NCBI GenBank assembly: GCA_002352365.1
Contig: DEIJ01000036.1
Location: 1-32,642, forward strand
Direction: 5' to 3'
Source: Dehalococcoidia bacterium UBA2777
GTDB taxonomy: Bacteria > Chloroflexota > Dehalococcoidia > UBA2247 > UBA2777
Length of the DNA: 32,642 nucleotides
Shown: in pieces, positions 24,460 through 32,642 of the stretch
Position numbering within the stretch: position 1 is the first letter of the stretch
How the letters are laid out: every line of letters starts with the position of its first letter
The notes under the pieces: model-generated
What the model was told of the DNA's origin: nothing
What the model saw: only the letters and a program-made list of their open reading frames with translations
Databases searched by the model: none
Translations under genes and position numbers: made by a program

Positions 24460-25259
24460 TCTTGGCTCCCCTGATATTGTGAGGTAAGATCAAATAATTT
24501 GACAGCATTTTCAGACAGAATTAGCTTTTTCTCTGTCTCACTGAGGCCTATGATGTCAAACTTGGGTAATTCAACTACATAATGGCTTCCAGTGGGAGTC
24601 TCTGAGCCAAATAAAAATCTCTCCGCACCCAATATCCTCACCCCAAATTTCACTCCGGCAGGCAAGATGGTTGAGGTTTCAATAAACAGATTTTTGTTGT
24701 CCAGGCCGGCTTTAATGCTCTCAAAGACGTATTCAATGCAACCCCCCATATGCCCGATTATAAATGTAGACTCGGGGTATCTCGAAGCAAGCTCACTGAT
24801 CTCCAAAGGAGAAGCCCCAGGCCCGGAATGGATAAAAATAGGCAGGCCAAGTTGAGAGGCCTTATCTATGATCGGACTTATAACCCCATCGCTAAGTTTA
24901 AACTGGTGGAGCATGGGGTGGATTTTAACACAAACAATTCCCCCCTGGCGGAACTCTTGCTCAAATTCCTCTATCGCCCTCCTTTTCCAGGGATTTACAC
25001 ATAAGGCACCAAATAGCTTCCCGGAATATTTCTTGATCGCAGTTATCACCCACTCATTCTTGAAATCCCGATCCCTGGTATTCCCCAAAGCCTCAGGATC
25101 TCTTACAGAAAGAGGCATTATGGGGAAGACTATCGCCTTATCAACTCGATATTCCTCCATCAGAGCTACCAGAGCATCTTCGGGACTGGTTTCCCGACCG
25201 ATTAAGGCACCGCCAATGTGGGCATGAGCATCTACTATCATGTCAACCGTCCTCACCAT
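24453..25259 (-). CDS. amidohydrolase family protein (Amidohydro_2-like)
   Basis: IVDAHAH, VKIHP, IFIHSG, IIGHMG, ETS, LFGSETP, ILSENA..LF; alternative start 25241. Confidence 0.88.
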   Translation of the reverse strand: MVRTVDMIVDAHAHIGGALIGRETSPEDALVALMEEYRVDKAIVFPIMPLSVRDPEALGNTRDRDFKNEWVITAIKKYSGKLFGALCVNPWKRRAIEEFEQEFRQGGIVCVKIHPMLHQFKLSDGVISPIIDKASQLGLPIFIHSGPGASPLEISELASRYPESTFIIGHMGGCIEYVFESIKAGLDNKNLFIETSTILPAGVKFGVRILGAERFLFGSETPTGSHYVVELPKFDIIGLSETEKKLILSENAVKLFDLTSQYQGSQEC

Positions 25260-26542
25260 AAAGGGATTATAGCTACATAGGTATAATTATCCTTGAAATA
25301 CTTATCGGCTACACTCTCTATATCCTCACAAGTTAACTCTTCTATCTTCCCCCTAAGCTCATCATCAAAATCATAGGGCAAACCATACAGCTCGTACCAG
25401 ACAAGCTGGGGAGCTTTTTCCCAGCTTGTCTGGCCCCCCCTGGCTATTTTTCCTAAAACAGCAGTCTTGTGCTGCTCCATATCCTCCTCGCTTATCCCCT
25501 CTTTCACTCCTCGGATCACCCCAAGAATAACCTGTCTCGCCTGGTCAAGATTTTCTTTTTTGTTCAAGTCACAAAAGGCCACTAAACAGCCGCTGTTGGC
25601 GAATTCAAGGTAGGTAACATGAGCAGCATAAGACCAGCCCCTTTCCTCCCGTATCTGGTCAAATATCTTCTCCCCCAGATAGCTTTGGAGGAAAAGAACT
25701 TGCGGATATAGTTGATCCCTGAGAGTGGGCACCGAGTAACCTATGGCTAAAGCCGCTGAAGCCACCCATCTTTGCTCCTCCGCTTCCTTTATCGAAGTAT
25801 GCTCCTCCTCGATCACCTCAGGTATAGAAACAGGGGAAGAGGAAAACTTGCCGAAAACCTCCTCTACTGCCCCCCTCACCTCAGCCGAATCCAAATCTCC
25901 AACCACGGCAAGTATCATGTTGCTTGGCTGATAATATCGGGTGTAAAAATCCACCAGATCCTGCCGATTTATCTTGGCCAATGTCTGCGGACGACCTTCG
26001 GGCGGATAGCTATAAGCGCTAGCAAAGTGGGTTTGGGTGAACAGTCTTATAACCTCCCTCCAGATGATTCGCTGCCTGCTTGCTTGCTGGATAAGGGTGG
26101 CTCTTGCCCTACCAACCTCTTCCTCAGGGAAAGTGGCATTAAAGGTGACATCAGCCATAATTGCCAGTATCTCCCCAGAAAATTCGTTTAATACGCTTGA
26201 GGTTAACATCGCGTAATCTTCAGTCACCCCCGGGGTCAGAGTAGCCCCTATATCTTCTACCTGAGAAGCTATCTCCACGGCGCTCCTCTTTTCTGTTCCC
26301 TTCAATAACATCTGGTGGACGAAGTTTCTTATTCCCAAGTTATGTTCATCCTCCAGGGAACAAGGCAGCTTCACCAGTAACACCATAGAAGCAATATCAA
26401 AACCTTTAACTTCCTGAACCAGCAGGGTTAAGCCATTATCCAAAACCGTCTTTTGAACTTCCCCCTGTTCGCTGGCACAGCTAGGTAAGAAGGAAGATGC
26501 CAAGATGATGGCCGAAAATATGGCTAAAATTCTTGGCTTCAT
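25253..26542 (-). CDS. M16 peptidase, non-catalytic subunit, predicted lipoprotein
   Basis: signal peptide with LPSC lipobox; LDNGLT; HXXEH replaced by NFVHQ; YYQPSNMILAVVGD; IREERGWSY (R/Y pair). Confidence 0.88.
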   Translation of the reverse strand: MKPRILAIFSAIILASSFLPSCASEQGEVQKTVLDNGLTLLVQEVKGFDIASMVLLVKLPCSLEDEHNLGIRNFVHQMLLKGTEKRSAVEIASQVEDIGATLTPGVTEDYAMLTSSVLNEFSGEILAIMADVTFNATFPEEEVGRARATLIQQASRQRIIWREVIRLFTQTHFASAYSYPPEGRPQTLAKINRQDLVDFYTRYYQPSNMILAVVGDLDSAEVRGAVEEVFGKFSSSPVSIPEVIEEEHTSIKEAEEQRWVASAALAIGYSVPTLRDQLYPQVLFLQSYLGEKIFDQIREERGWSYAAHVTYLEFANSGCLVAFCDLNKKENLDQARQVILGVIRGVKEGISEEDMEQHKTAVLGKIARGGQTSWEKAPQLVWYELYGLPYDFDDELRGKIEELTCEDIESVADKYFKDNYTYVAIIPLW

Positions 26543-27852
26543 TTCACCTCCGGGGTAAAGATCAACACGGCATAATTATCTCTACCCAAATATTTTTGGC
26601 ACACTCTCTGCACCTCCTCAGCAGTAACCTTATCTACATTGCCTAGCAAGTTATTGTAGAAATCGAAATCGGCTATGGTGGCAAAAAGCCCCAAGTGAAG
26701 GGCTATATCCACGGCCTTCTCATCTGCCCGCTGAAAATCGCTTTTATACAGCGACTTTGCTCTCCGCAGTTCCTCTTCGGTTATATTCCCCACCTTTATA
26801 TCCGCTATCTCGGCAAAGATTATCTGCTTTACTTTGTCTATATTCTCCGGGCTCAACGCTACCAGGAAACAGATAGCCCCTGGCTCGTACGAGGGCTCAG
26901 AGATGAGGTATATCTCAGAGGCCAGCCCAGATTCGATGATTCGCTGATCCAGTCGGCTACTTTTTCCTCCGCTCAGCATATAGCCAAGGACTTGTAGTGG
27001 ATAGAAATCAGCATCTAAGGCCTTTACCCCGTGCCAGCCGATCATAATGAAAGCTAAGGGAAAGCCTTTGGTTTCTATTTTCCCCCGGGGTGACTCGATC
27101 GGCCTTTGCTCGGGGAACTTCACCTCCTGAGGCTCGCCTTGCCTTAAGGCAGAGCACTTCTGTTTCACTTGGGGCAGTATTTTTGAAGTTTCAAAATCAC
27201 CCACCAAAGCGAGCGTCATCCTATTTGCCGTATAGTGGGTGTAGAAAAAGGTGGCAAGATCTGCCAGAGTCATCTTTTCCACTGTCTGGGGTGGCCCAGC
27301 TACTGGCCTTCTATAGGGGTGAACTTCATACAGCAAAGAAGGGAATTCGCTATACAAAGCTGAAATAGGGTTTGACTCCATCGCGGAGATTTCGGCCAGA
27401 ATCACCCCTTTTTCTTTGTCGAACTCCTCCTCATCCAAAGAAGGATTCAGGAACATATCCAAAATTATATCTAAAGCAGCATCAAATTTCTCCTGTGGTG
27501 CCTCAATATAGTAAACTACAAAATCATAACTGGTACCAGCATTGCACATACCACCTATATCATCTACATAATCGAAGACCGGTTTTTCTCTGGTATAGCT
27601 TTCCTGAAATAGCAGGTGCTCCAAGAAATGGCTTGCCCCATTGCTGGCATCATCCTCATAGAGTGCCCCCGTTCTTACCGCCATGGTCATAGCCACAACT
27701 GGGGAAGAATGAAGCTCTTTGGTAACCACGGTAAGCCCGTTCTCCAAAGTGGTGACCTCGATTTCCCGCACTTCTTTGGTGGCGCAAGAGGGCAAGATCA
27801 TCCCCAAAAACATAATTGCAGTCACCATCAAGGCTATTCCTTTTACTTGCAT
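26539..27852 (-). CDS. M16 zinc peptidase, catalytic subunit, predicted lipoprotein
   Basis: signal peptide with LPSC lipobox; LENGLT; GASHFLEHLLF (HXXEH); NAGTSYD; EKGVILAEI; HPYRRP; start moved to ATG 27852 behind GGAGG. Confidence 0.92.
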   Translation of the reverse strand: MQVKGIALMVTAIMFLGMILPSCATKEVREIEVTTLENGLTVVTKELHSSPVVAMTMAVRTGALYEDDASNGASHFLEHLLFQESYTREKPVFDYVDDIGGMCNAGTSYDFVVYYIEAPQEKFDAALDIILDMFLNPSLDEEEFDKEKGVILAEISAMESNPISALYSEFPSLLYEVHPYRRPVAGPPQTVEKMTLADLATFFYTHYTANRMTLALVGDFETSKILPQVKQKCSALRQGEPQEVKFPEQRPIESPRGKIETKGFPLAFIMIGWHGVKALDADFYPLQVLGYMLSGGKSSRLDQRIIESGLASEIYLISEPSYEPGAICFLVALSPENIDKVKQIIFAEIADIKVGNITEEELRRAKSLYKSDFQRADEKAVDIALHLGLFATIADFDFYNNLLGNVDKVTAEEVQRVCQKYLGRDNYAVLIFTPEVK

Positions 27853-27897
27853 CTTTTTGCCTCCACGGACAGCTTTACCTCTTCTCCCACACGCTGT

Positions 27898-27926
27898 ATT
27901 ATGCATCAATGAAAGGGTTTGTTCAA
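27898..27926 (-). promoter_or_regulatory. putative promoter of the M16-amidohydrolase-ftsY run
   Basis: minus strand TTGAAC-N17-CATAAT. Confidence 0.55.
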
Positions 27927-27963
27927 GCTTACCGATAGGCTGTAATTCAGCGAAGAGGATGAT

Positions 27964-28803
27964 ATGGAAAATCTCGCCGATATCGTCGAAAACCCTGATG
28001 TGGTATCAAGCCTAAAAATTGACCAGAGGGAGGATTTGCTCTGCGAAGCAGAAAGAGCCTTTGAGCGAAAGCAAAATTTGGTGGAGCTAAAATCGGGGCA
28101 GGTGATTTTTGTGGGGGATACCCATGGCGATTTTCAGGCCACTAAATATATTATCAGCAAATATCTGAAGCCAGAAAACAAGTTGGTATTTTTAGGCGAC
28201 TATGTGGATAGGGGGCCAAATTCAGCGGAAAACATCGACTATCTTTTGGCGTTAAAATTATTCTATCCAGATAGTCTATTTTTGCTTATGGGAAATCACG
28301 AAGGCCGCAGCGTTATCGAGTTCTATCCCGCCGATTTTTGGCAGGGGCTTGATCCCAAGCTTCATAAGCACTATTCCTCTACGCTGTCTAAGCTACCGCT
28401 GGCGGCAACTACCCCAAATGGGGTAATTGCCTTACATGGGGCGTTACCGGATATCGAACACCCAGAGGATATAAACAAAATAAAACTTGGCACCGAGTTG
28501 TGGAGGCAAATAACCTGGGGAGACTTTAGGGAGGGGAGGGGGAGATTCTTGGGGGATGATATGCTTACCGGAAGGCCTCAATTCGGTCAAGATTATTTCG
28601 ACAAGATAATGAATAGATTGGGGAAAAATGTGCTGATCAGATCGCATCAGCCGGATGCAAGTAAGTTTATGTACCACAAAAGGTGCCTAACGATTTTTAC
28701 TTCCTCTGCCTATCGCCTGATCGTCCCTCAAAGAACGATAGCCATCGCTCGTTTAGACAAAGAGATCAAAACAGCCGATGATATCGTAATTGAAATAATT
28801 TAA
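27964..28803 (+). CDS. PPP-family Ser/Thr protein phosphatase (PP1/PP2A-like)
   Basis: GDTHG, GDYVDRG, GNHE, LPLAA, HG, WGD, FG, IRSHQ, LTIFTSSAY. Confidence 0.9.
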   Translation: MENLADIVENPDVVSSLKIDQREDLLCEAERAFERKQNLVELKSGQVIFVGDTHGDFQATKYIISKYLKPENKLVFLGDYVDRGPNSAENIDYLLALKLFYPDSLFLLMGNHEGRSVIEFYPADFWQGLDPKLHKHYSSTLSKLPLAATTPNGVIALHGALPDIEHPEDINKIKLGTELWRQITWGDFREGRGRFLGDDMLTGRPQFGQDYFDKIMNRLGKNVLIRSHQPDASKFMYHKRCLTIFTSSAYRLIVPQRTIAIARLDKEIKTADDIVIEII

Positions 28804-28810
28804 ACCCAAA

Positions 28811-29575
28811 ATGTACCCACTGATCGATTCGCACGCTCATTTAGAGGAGCTCTCAAACCTTGAATCGGCTATCAAGAGAGCCAAGGATGGGGAGGTAATT
28901 GCCATAATTGCTGTTGGCTCAGACTATGAATCAAACCACCAGGTACTGGAGATAGCCGAAAAATACCCCTCCTTTGTCTATCCGGCGCTTGGCTTGCATC
29001 CCTGGAGTTCAGCCACACTGGCCCAAAGCTTGGAGCACCATCTTCACTTCATCGAAGATAACATTGCGGGTATAGTAGCTATAGGCGAAGTAGGACTGGA
29101 TTATCACAAAGAGCTGTTGAAATCGGCGAGCAAAGATTACCAACAGAGCATACTCCGAAACCTCCTGGAGCTGGCTGAAAAATATGAGAAGCCAGTGATA
29201 ATTCATTCCCGCTATGCCTGGAGGGATGCCCTGAGTTTAGTCGAGGATACTAGGATCAAGAAGGCAGTGTTTCACTGGTATACTGGCCCACTAAATGTAC
29301 TAAGAGAAGCTCAAGATAAAGGTTACCTTGTCTCTGCTACCCTGGCTGCTGAATATCATGAAGAACATAAAAGAGCGATAAGAGAGGTGCCCCTGGAGAG
29401 CTTGCTACTAGAAACAGATTCCCCGGTAGTATATCGGGAGCATAAATCCGAGCCGGCTGATGTCACAAGAGTTCTGAATGCAGTGGCCAAATTAAAAGAT
29501 TTCACACCAAGCATAGTAGCGGATAAAACTACTGAAAACGCACTGAGGTTCTACGAGATATCACACCTCCACTAA
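28811..29575 (+). CDS. tatD: TatD family nuclease/hydrolase
   Basis: IDSHAH, GLHPW, IGEVGLD, IIHSR, VFHWY, LETDSP. Confidence 0.93.
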   Translation: MYPLIDSHAHLEELSNLESAIKRAKDGEVIAIIAVGSDYESNHQVLEIAEKYPSFVYPALGLHPWSSATLAQSLEHHLHFIEDNIAGIVAIGEVGLDYHKELLKSASKDYQQSILRNLLELAEKYEKPVIIHSRYAWRDALSLVEDTRIKKAVFHWYTGPLNVLREAQDKGYLVSATLAAEYHEEHKRAIREVPLESLLLETDSPVVYREHKSEPADVTRVLNAVAKLKDFTPSIVADKTTENALRFYEISHLH

Positions 29576-29585
29576 CCCGCTAGGA

Positions 29586-30518
29586 ATGGTAGCTATGGAG
29601 CCAAGTTACCTTAAACTATACCGAAGTGGAGAGCTAGACCGAAGGATAGATAGCCTATATAGCATCCTGGAAAGCTGCCAGCTTTGCCCTAGAGGGTGTA
29701 AGAAGAATAGACTAAAGGATGAGAAAGGATATTGCCGATCAGGCAAGGATTTAGTGGTCTCGGCAATTCATCCCCATTTCGGAGAGGAGAAGCCACTGGT
29801 TGGCCGAGGTGGCTCGGGAACAGTGTTTCTCACCAATTGCAACCTGGGCTGCATATATTGCCAAAACTACGAGATAAGTCACCTGGGGCAGGGTCGCCCG
29901 CTGACCTGCCACGAGTTGGCTCAAGGCATGCTCTGGTTACAAAATAATGGCTGTCATAACATAAATTTCGTCACTCCAACACACTTTGCACCCCAACTGG
30001 TCAAAAGCATCAAGGTAGCTATCGACAAAGGGCTTAGGGTACCCATAGTTTATAATTGTGGTGGATATGAGAATGTAAATACCATAAGGTTACTTGAGGA
30101 CATCGTCGACATCTATATGCCCGACATAAAATATGGCGATGCTGGAAATGCTAAAAAATATTCCCATGCACCAGATTATTTTGACCGCTGCACCGAAGCA
30201 GTCAAAGAGATGCACCGCCAGGTTGGCAACCTAAAACTTGATGGCCACGGGATAGCCCAAAGGGGCCTGCTGATAAGGCATCTGGTTTTACCCAACGATA
30301 TTGCCGGAAGCAGGCAGGTGCTGAAGTTTATCGCTACGGAGATCTCCAAAGATAGTTACCTAAATATAATGTTCCAGTATAGGCCGATGTACAAAGCCAA
30401 AGAATATGAAGAGCTTAATAGAAGGCCTTACTTGAGTGAATGTGACAAGGCAATAGATATAGCTTTAGAACTAGGGCTACATTGCGGTTTTAACAGAGAA
30501 TACCTACTAAGAGCATGA
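29586..30518 (+). CDS. pflX: radical SAM protein, PflX family
   Basis: CQLCPRGC..NR...G.C, HFGEE..L.G.GGSGTVF, CNLGCIYCQN, NINFVTPTH, DIYMPD.KY, IRHLVLP, M.QYRP. Confidence 0.9.
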   Translation: MVAMEPSYLKLYRSGELDRRIDSLYSILESCQLCPRGCKKNRLKDEKGYCRSGKDLVVSAIHPHFGEEKPLVGRGGSGTVFLTNCNLGCIYCQNYEISHLGQGRPLTCHELAQGMLWLQNNGCHNINFVTPTHFAPQLVKSIKVAIDKGLRVPIVYNCGGYENVNTIRLLEDIVDIYMPDIKYGDAGNAKKYSHAPDYFDRCTEAVKEMHRQVGNLKLDGHGIAQRGLLIRHLVLPNDIAGSRQVLKFIATEISKDSYLNIMFQYRPMYKAKEYEELNRRPYLSECDKAIDIALELGLHCGFNREYLLRA

Positions 30519-30526
30519 AGAAGAGC

Positions 30527-31576
30527 TCAGTAGGAGAAAGGCCACAGACGATAAGAGGCTTTAAATATCTCCCACCGATGGGCTAGCCCTCGGGGTTCAA
30601 GGATGAGGAAAAGCACTACTACCAGTCCGAAGACAAAATAGCTTAAGGTTGCCGCCTGAGCCTCACCAACAATTGGTAGTCGGGGGGCGAGGATAGCTGT
30701 AGCCTCAGTCAATAATCTGATGAGCAGAGTGCCAAACACCGCTCCCATCATAAATCCCATGCCGCCAATAACTACCATACCGAGATACCATACAGAGTCC
30801 ATTAAGGTGAAGTGCTCATAATGGGCAATGCCCATATAATAGCCCCACATAGCCCCAGCCACACCAGCAAAGAAACAACCGATGAAGAAGGCGAGCATCT
30901 TATAACGAAAAATGTCAATGCCCATGCCTGAAGCAGCAATATCATTATCCCTTATGGCAATAAAAGCCCTTCCTACTCTAGTCCTCACCAGGTTTTTGGC
31001 CATAAGCCCCATTACGAGCGTGACCACTAAGATAAAGTAAAACCAGCTCGCCTCAGAACCGAGGGTTATGCCGCCGATAGAAGGGGGATCGAGACGGATG
31101 CCTCTCACCCCACCCAAGAAGCCCCAGTGCATGAAGACCCAGGTCAAAATGAACTGAGCGGCCAAGGTAGTTAGGGCGATATAAAGCCCTTTAACCCTTA
31201 ACGAGGGGGCGCCAAAGGCCAGCCCCACCACTCCAGCCACAATACCAGCTAGAGGTATGGCAATCCAGAATGACCATCCTGCCCCATCAAATAGCTTTGT
31301 GGCTATACAAGCAGCAGTATAAGCACCTACTCCGACAAAGGCGGAGTGACCTAGAGAGATCAGCCCGGTATAGCCGAGCATGATAGCCAGTCCAAAGACA
31401 GCGGTCAGAGTAATGCAAATCAAATTTACTACAGCGAGCCACGCCGTGCTAAGAAACTGAGGGAGGCAAAACAAAAGAATAAGCCCCACCCCGAGCATAA
31501 TCCATTGTGCCTTGGTACGCACAATGGCCATATCCTTTGCATAGCTGACATTGTAGGTGCCACAAGGTAGACCCAT
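30527..31576 (-). CDS. livM: branched-chain amino acid-type ABC transporter permease LivM
   Basis: GYTGLISLGH..F.GVGAY, LRVKGLY.A..TLA, GRAFIAIRDND.AA..MGI, EPRGL. Confidence 0.93.
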   Translation of the reverse strand: MGLPCGTYNVSYAKDMAIVRTKAQWIMLGVGLILLFCLPQFLSTAWLAVVNLICITLTAVFGLAIMLGYTGLISLGHSAFVGVGAYTAACIATKLFDGAGWSFWIAIPLAGIVAGVVGLAFGAPSLRVKGLYIALTTLAAQFILTWVFMHWGFLGGVRGIRLDPPSIGGITLGSEASWFYFILVVTLVMGLMAKNLVRTRVGRAFIAIRDNDIAASGMGIDIFRYKMLAFFIGCFFAGVAGAMWGYYMGIAHYEHFTLMDSVWYLGMVVIGGMGFMMGAVFGTLLIRLLTEATAILAPRLPIVGEAQAATLSYFVFGLVVVLFLILEPRGLAHRWEIFKASYRLWPFSY

Positions 31577-31583
31577 CTCTTTA

Positions 31584-32477
31584 TTACACCCTTTCTATCC
31601 TTTTCCAGCCAAGGAAACCATAAGGTCTTATTACCAAGACAATAATCAGAATAACATAGGGGAAGACATCCTTAAGTCCACCGCCAACTAGTGGGTCAAG
31701 ATATCCCGAAGCCATATATTCACAGAACCCCACAAATGGCCCGGCAATCAGGCACCCGGTAAGGGATTCTAAGCCACCGATAAGCATCACCGCAATAGCC
31801 TTCAGCCCAAACTGAGGCAAACCAGCAATCTCCACCCCGATTATACTCCCCAGAAGGTACCCCCCAACCATGGCTACCACCGCGGACAGCACCCAGGCTA
31901 TGGATAAGATGCTTCTTACACTTATCCCCAAGCTTTCGGCTGCCTCTGTATCGTCAGCTATAGCCTGCATCGCCAATCCAGATTTACTCCGCGTCAGGTA
32001 AATCATCAAGCCCCCGAATACAGCTGCGGCTATTACTAAGGCATAGATTTGGAGCTGCGGCAATCCTATGCCACCTAGGTGGACTGTCCCTGTAGGCAGA
32101 AGGATATTCTCGGGATATCCCCTGCCCTCTGAACCCCATACAAAGGTAACTATCGCCTCTAGGACAACGCCCAGCCCTAAAGTCATGGCAATTATGGCAA
32201 AGACAGGCTGACCGATTAACGGACGAATAGTCAGCCTTTCCACCACTAGCCCCAGTAGTGCAGCACCGCCAAGGCTCAGGATGAAGACAGCCCATACAGG
32301 GAGGCCCAACTGAGAGGCGAAAGCCCAAACAAGCATCGCCCCCACAAGGGCAAAGTAGCCCTGGGCGAAATTGAGTACACCACTACACCTAAAGATCAGA
32401 ACCAAGCCCATAGCTATTAGGGCATAAATCATCCCTACCAGCAGACCTAACAATGTCAGTTGAAAGAATTGCTCCAC
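31584..32477 (-). CDS. livH: branched-chain amino acid-type ABC transporter permease LivH
   Basis: G.IYALIAMG.VLI....VLNFAQG, ERL.IRP, GLAMQA.A, IGGLES..G, RPYG; GTG start. Confidence 0.93.
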   Translation of the reverse strand: MEQFFQLTLLGLLVGMIYALIAMGLVLIFRCSGVLNFAQGYFALVGAMLVWAFASQLGLPVWAVFILSLGGAALLGLVVERLTIRPLIGQPVFAIIAMTLGLGVVLEAIVTFVWGSEGRGYPENILLPTGTVHLGGIGLPQLQIYALVIAAAVFGGLMIYLTRSKSGLAMQAIADDTEAAESLGISVRSILSIAWVLSAVVAMVGGYLLGSIIGVEIAGLPQFGLKAIAVMLIGGLESLTGCLIAGPFVGFCEYMASGYLDPLVGGGLKDVFPYVILIIVLVIRPYGFLGWKRIERV

Positions 32478-32507
32478 TACTCAACCCCTTGCATTAAAGT
32501 TGGGGGA

Positions 32508-32536
32508 ATTCTATCACATTTTCCCCAAGAAGTCAA
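32508..32536 (-). promoter_or_regulatory. sigma70 promoter of livHM with overlapping inverted repeat
   Basis: minus strand TTGACT-N17-TAGAAT with extended TG; TTGGGGGAA...TTTCCCCAA inverted repeat spanning about 32500-32528. Confidence 0.75.
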
Positions 32537-32642
32537 ATAATAGTCTCTTCCAATACAAGACTAGCCTGAAGAGAGTATTGATTTCTAACGCAAGATAAGC
32601 CTGAAGGATTAAGGCAGCTCGTTTATGATTGGGACATGCGAC

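Noticed and set aside
24453-24461. Perfect CIRCE half-site TTAGCACTC
   Set aside because: No second half after 9 bp; explained by the overlapping GTG start and TAA stop at the ftsY junction.
27853-27909. N-terminal extension of the catalytic M16 ORF
   Set aside because: Overlaps the predicted -10 box; GGAGG and signal-peptide geometry favour ATG 27852.

Overview
A compact, gene-dense bacterial window with about 30 CDSs and no rRNA, tRNA or CRISPR array that I can see. Gene content and protein style suggest an anaerobic Chloroflexota (Dehalococcoidia-like) organism; this is inference only. From left to right: (1) a surface-glycosylation locus (two SAM methyltransferases, a GT4 and a flippase on the minus strand, divergent from three polytopic GT-C-like proteins: one PTPS-related/YfhO-like with a CBM-like insert and two tandem DUF2079 paralogues, the second with PA14-like domains); (2) a CysL-type LysR regulator; (3) an intergenic cluster of small repeats, then a sigma70 promoter with a CIRCE (HrcA) operator that leads, across a decayed DUF559 endonuclease, into an FmdB zinc-ribbon gene rather than a chaperone; (4) a two-subunit B12-dependent acyl-CoA mutase with a heavily remodelled active site, divergent from a CoA-transferase/trmO-like/ferredoxin operon; (5) PHP and YfcE phosphoesterases, a double hot-dog dehydratase coupled to fabF, and recJ; (6) a minus-strand run of two lipoprotein M16 peptidase subunits, an amidohydrolase, ftsY and lgt; (7) a PP1/PP2A-like phosphatase, tatD and pflX; (8) livHM with its own promoter. 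The best candidates for undescribed biology are the divergent mutase, the CIRCE-controlled FmdB gene, the triple GT-C locus and the lipid-anchored M16 heterodimer. All family calls come from motif recognition by eye; no searches were run.
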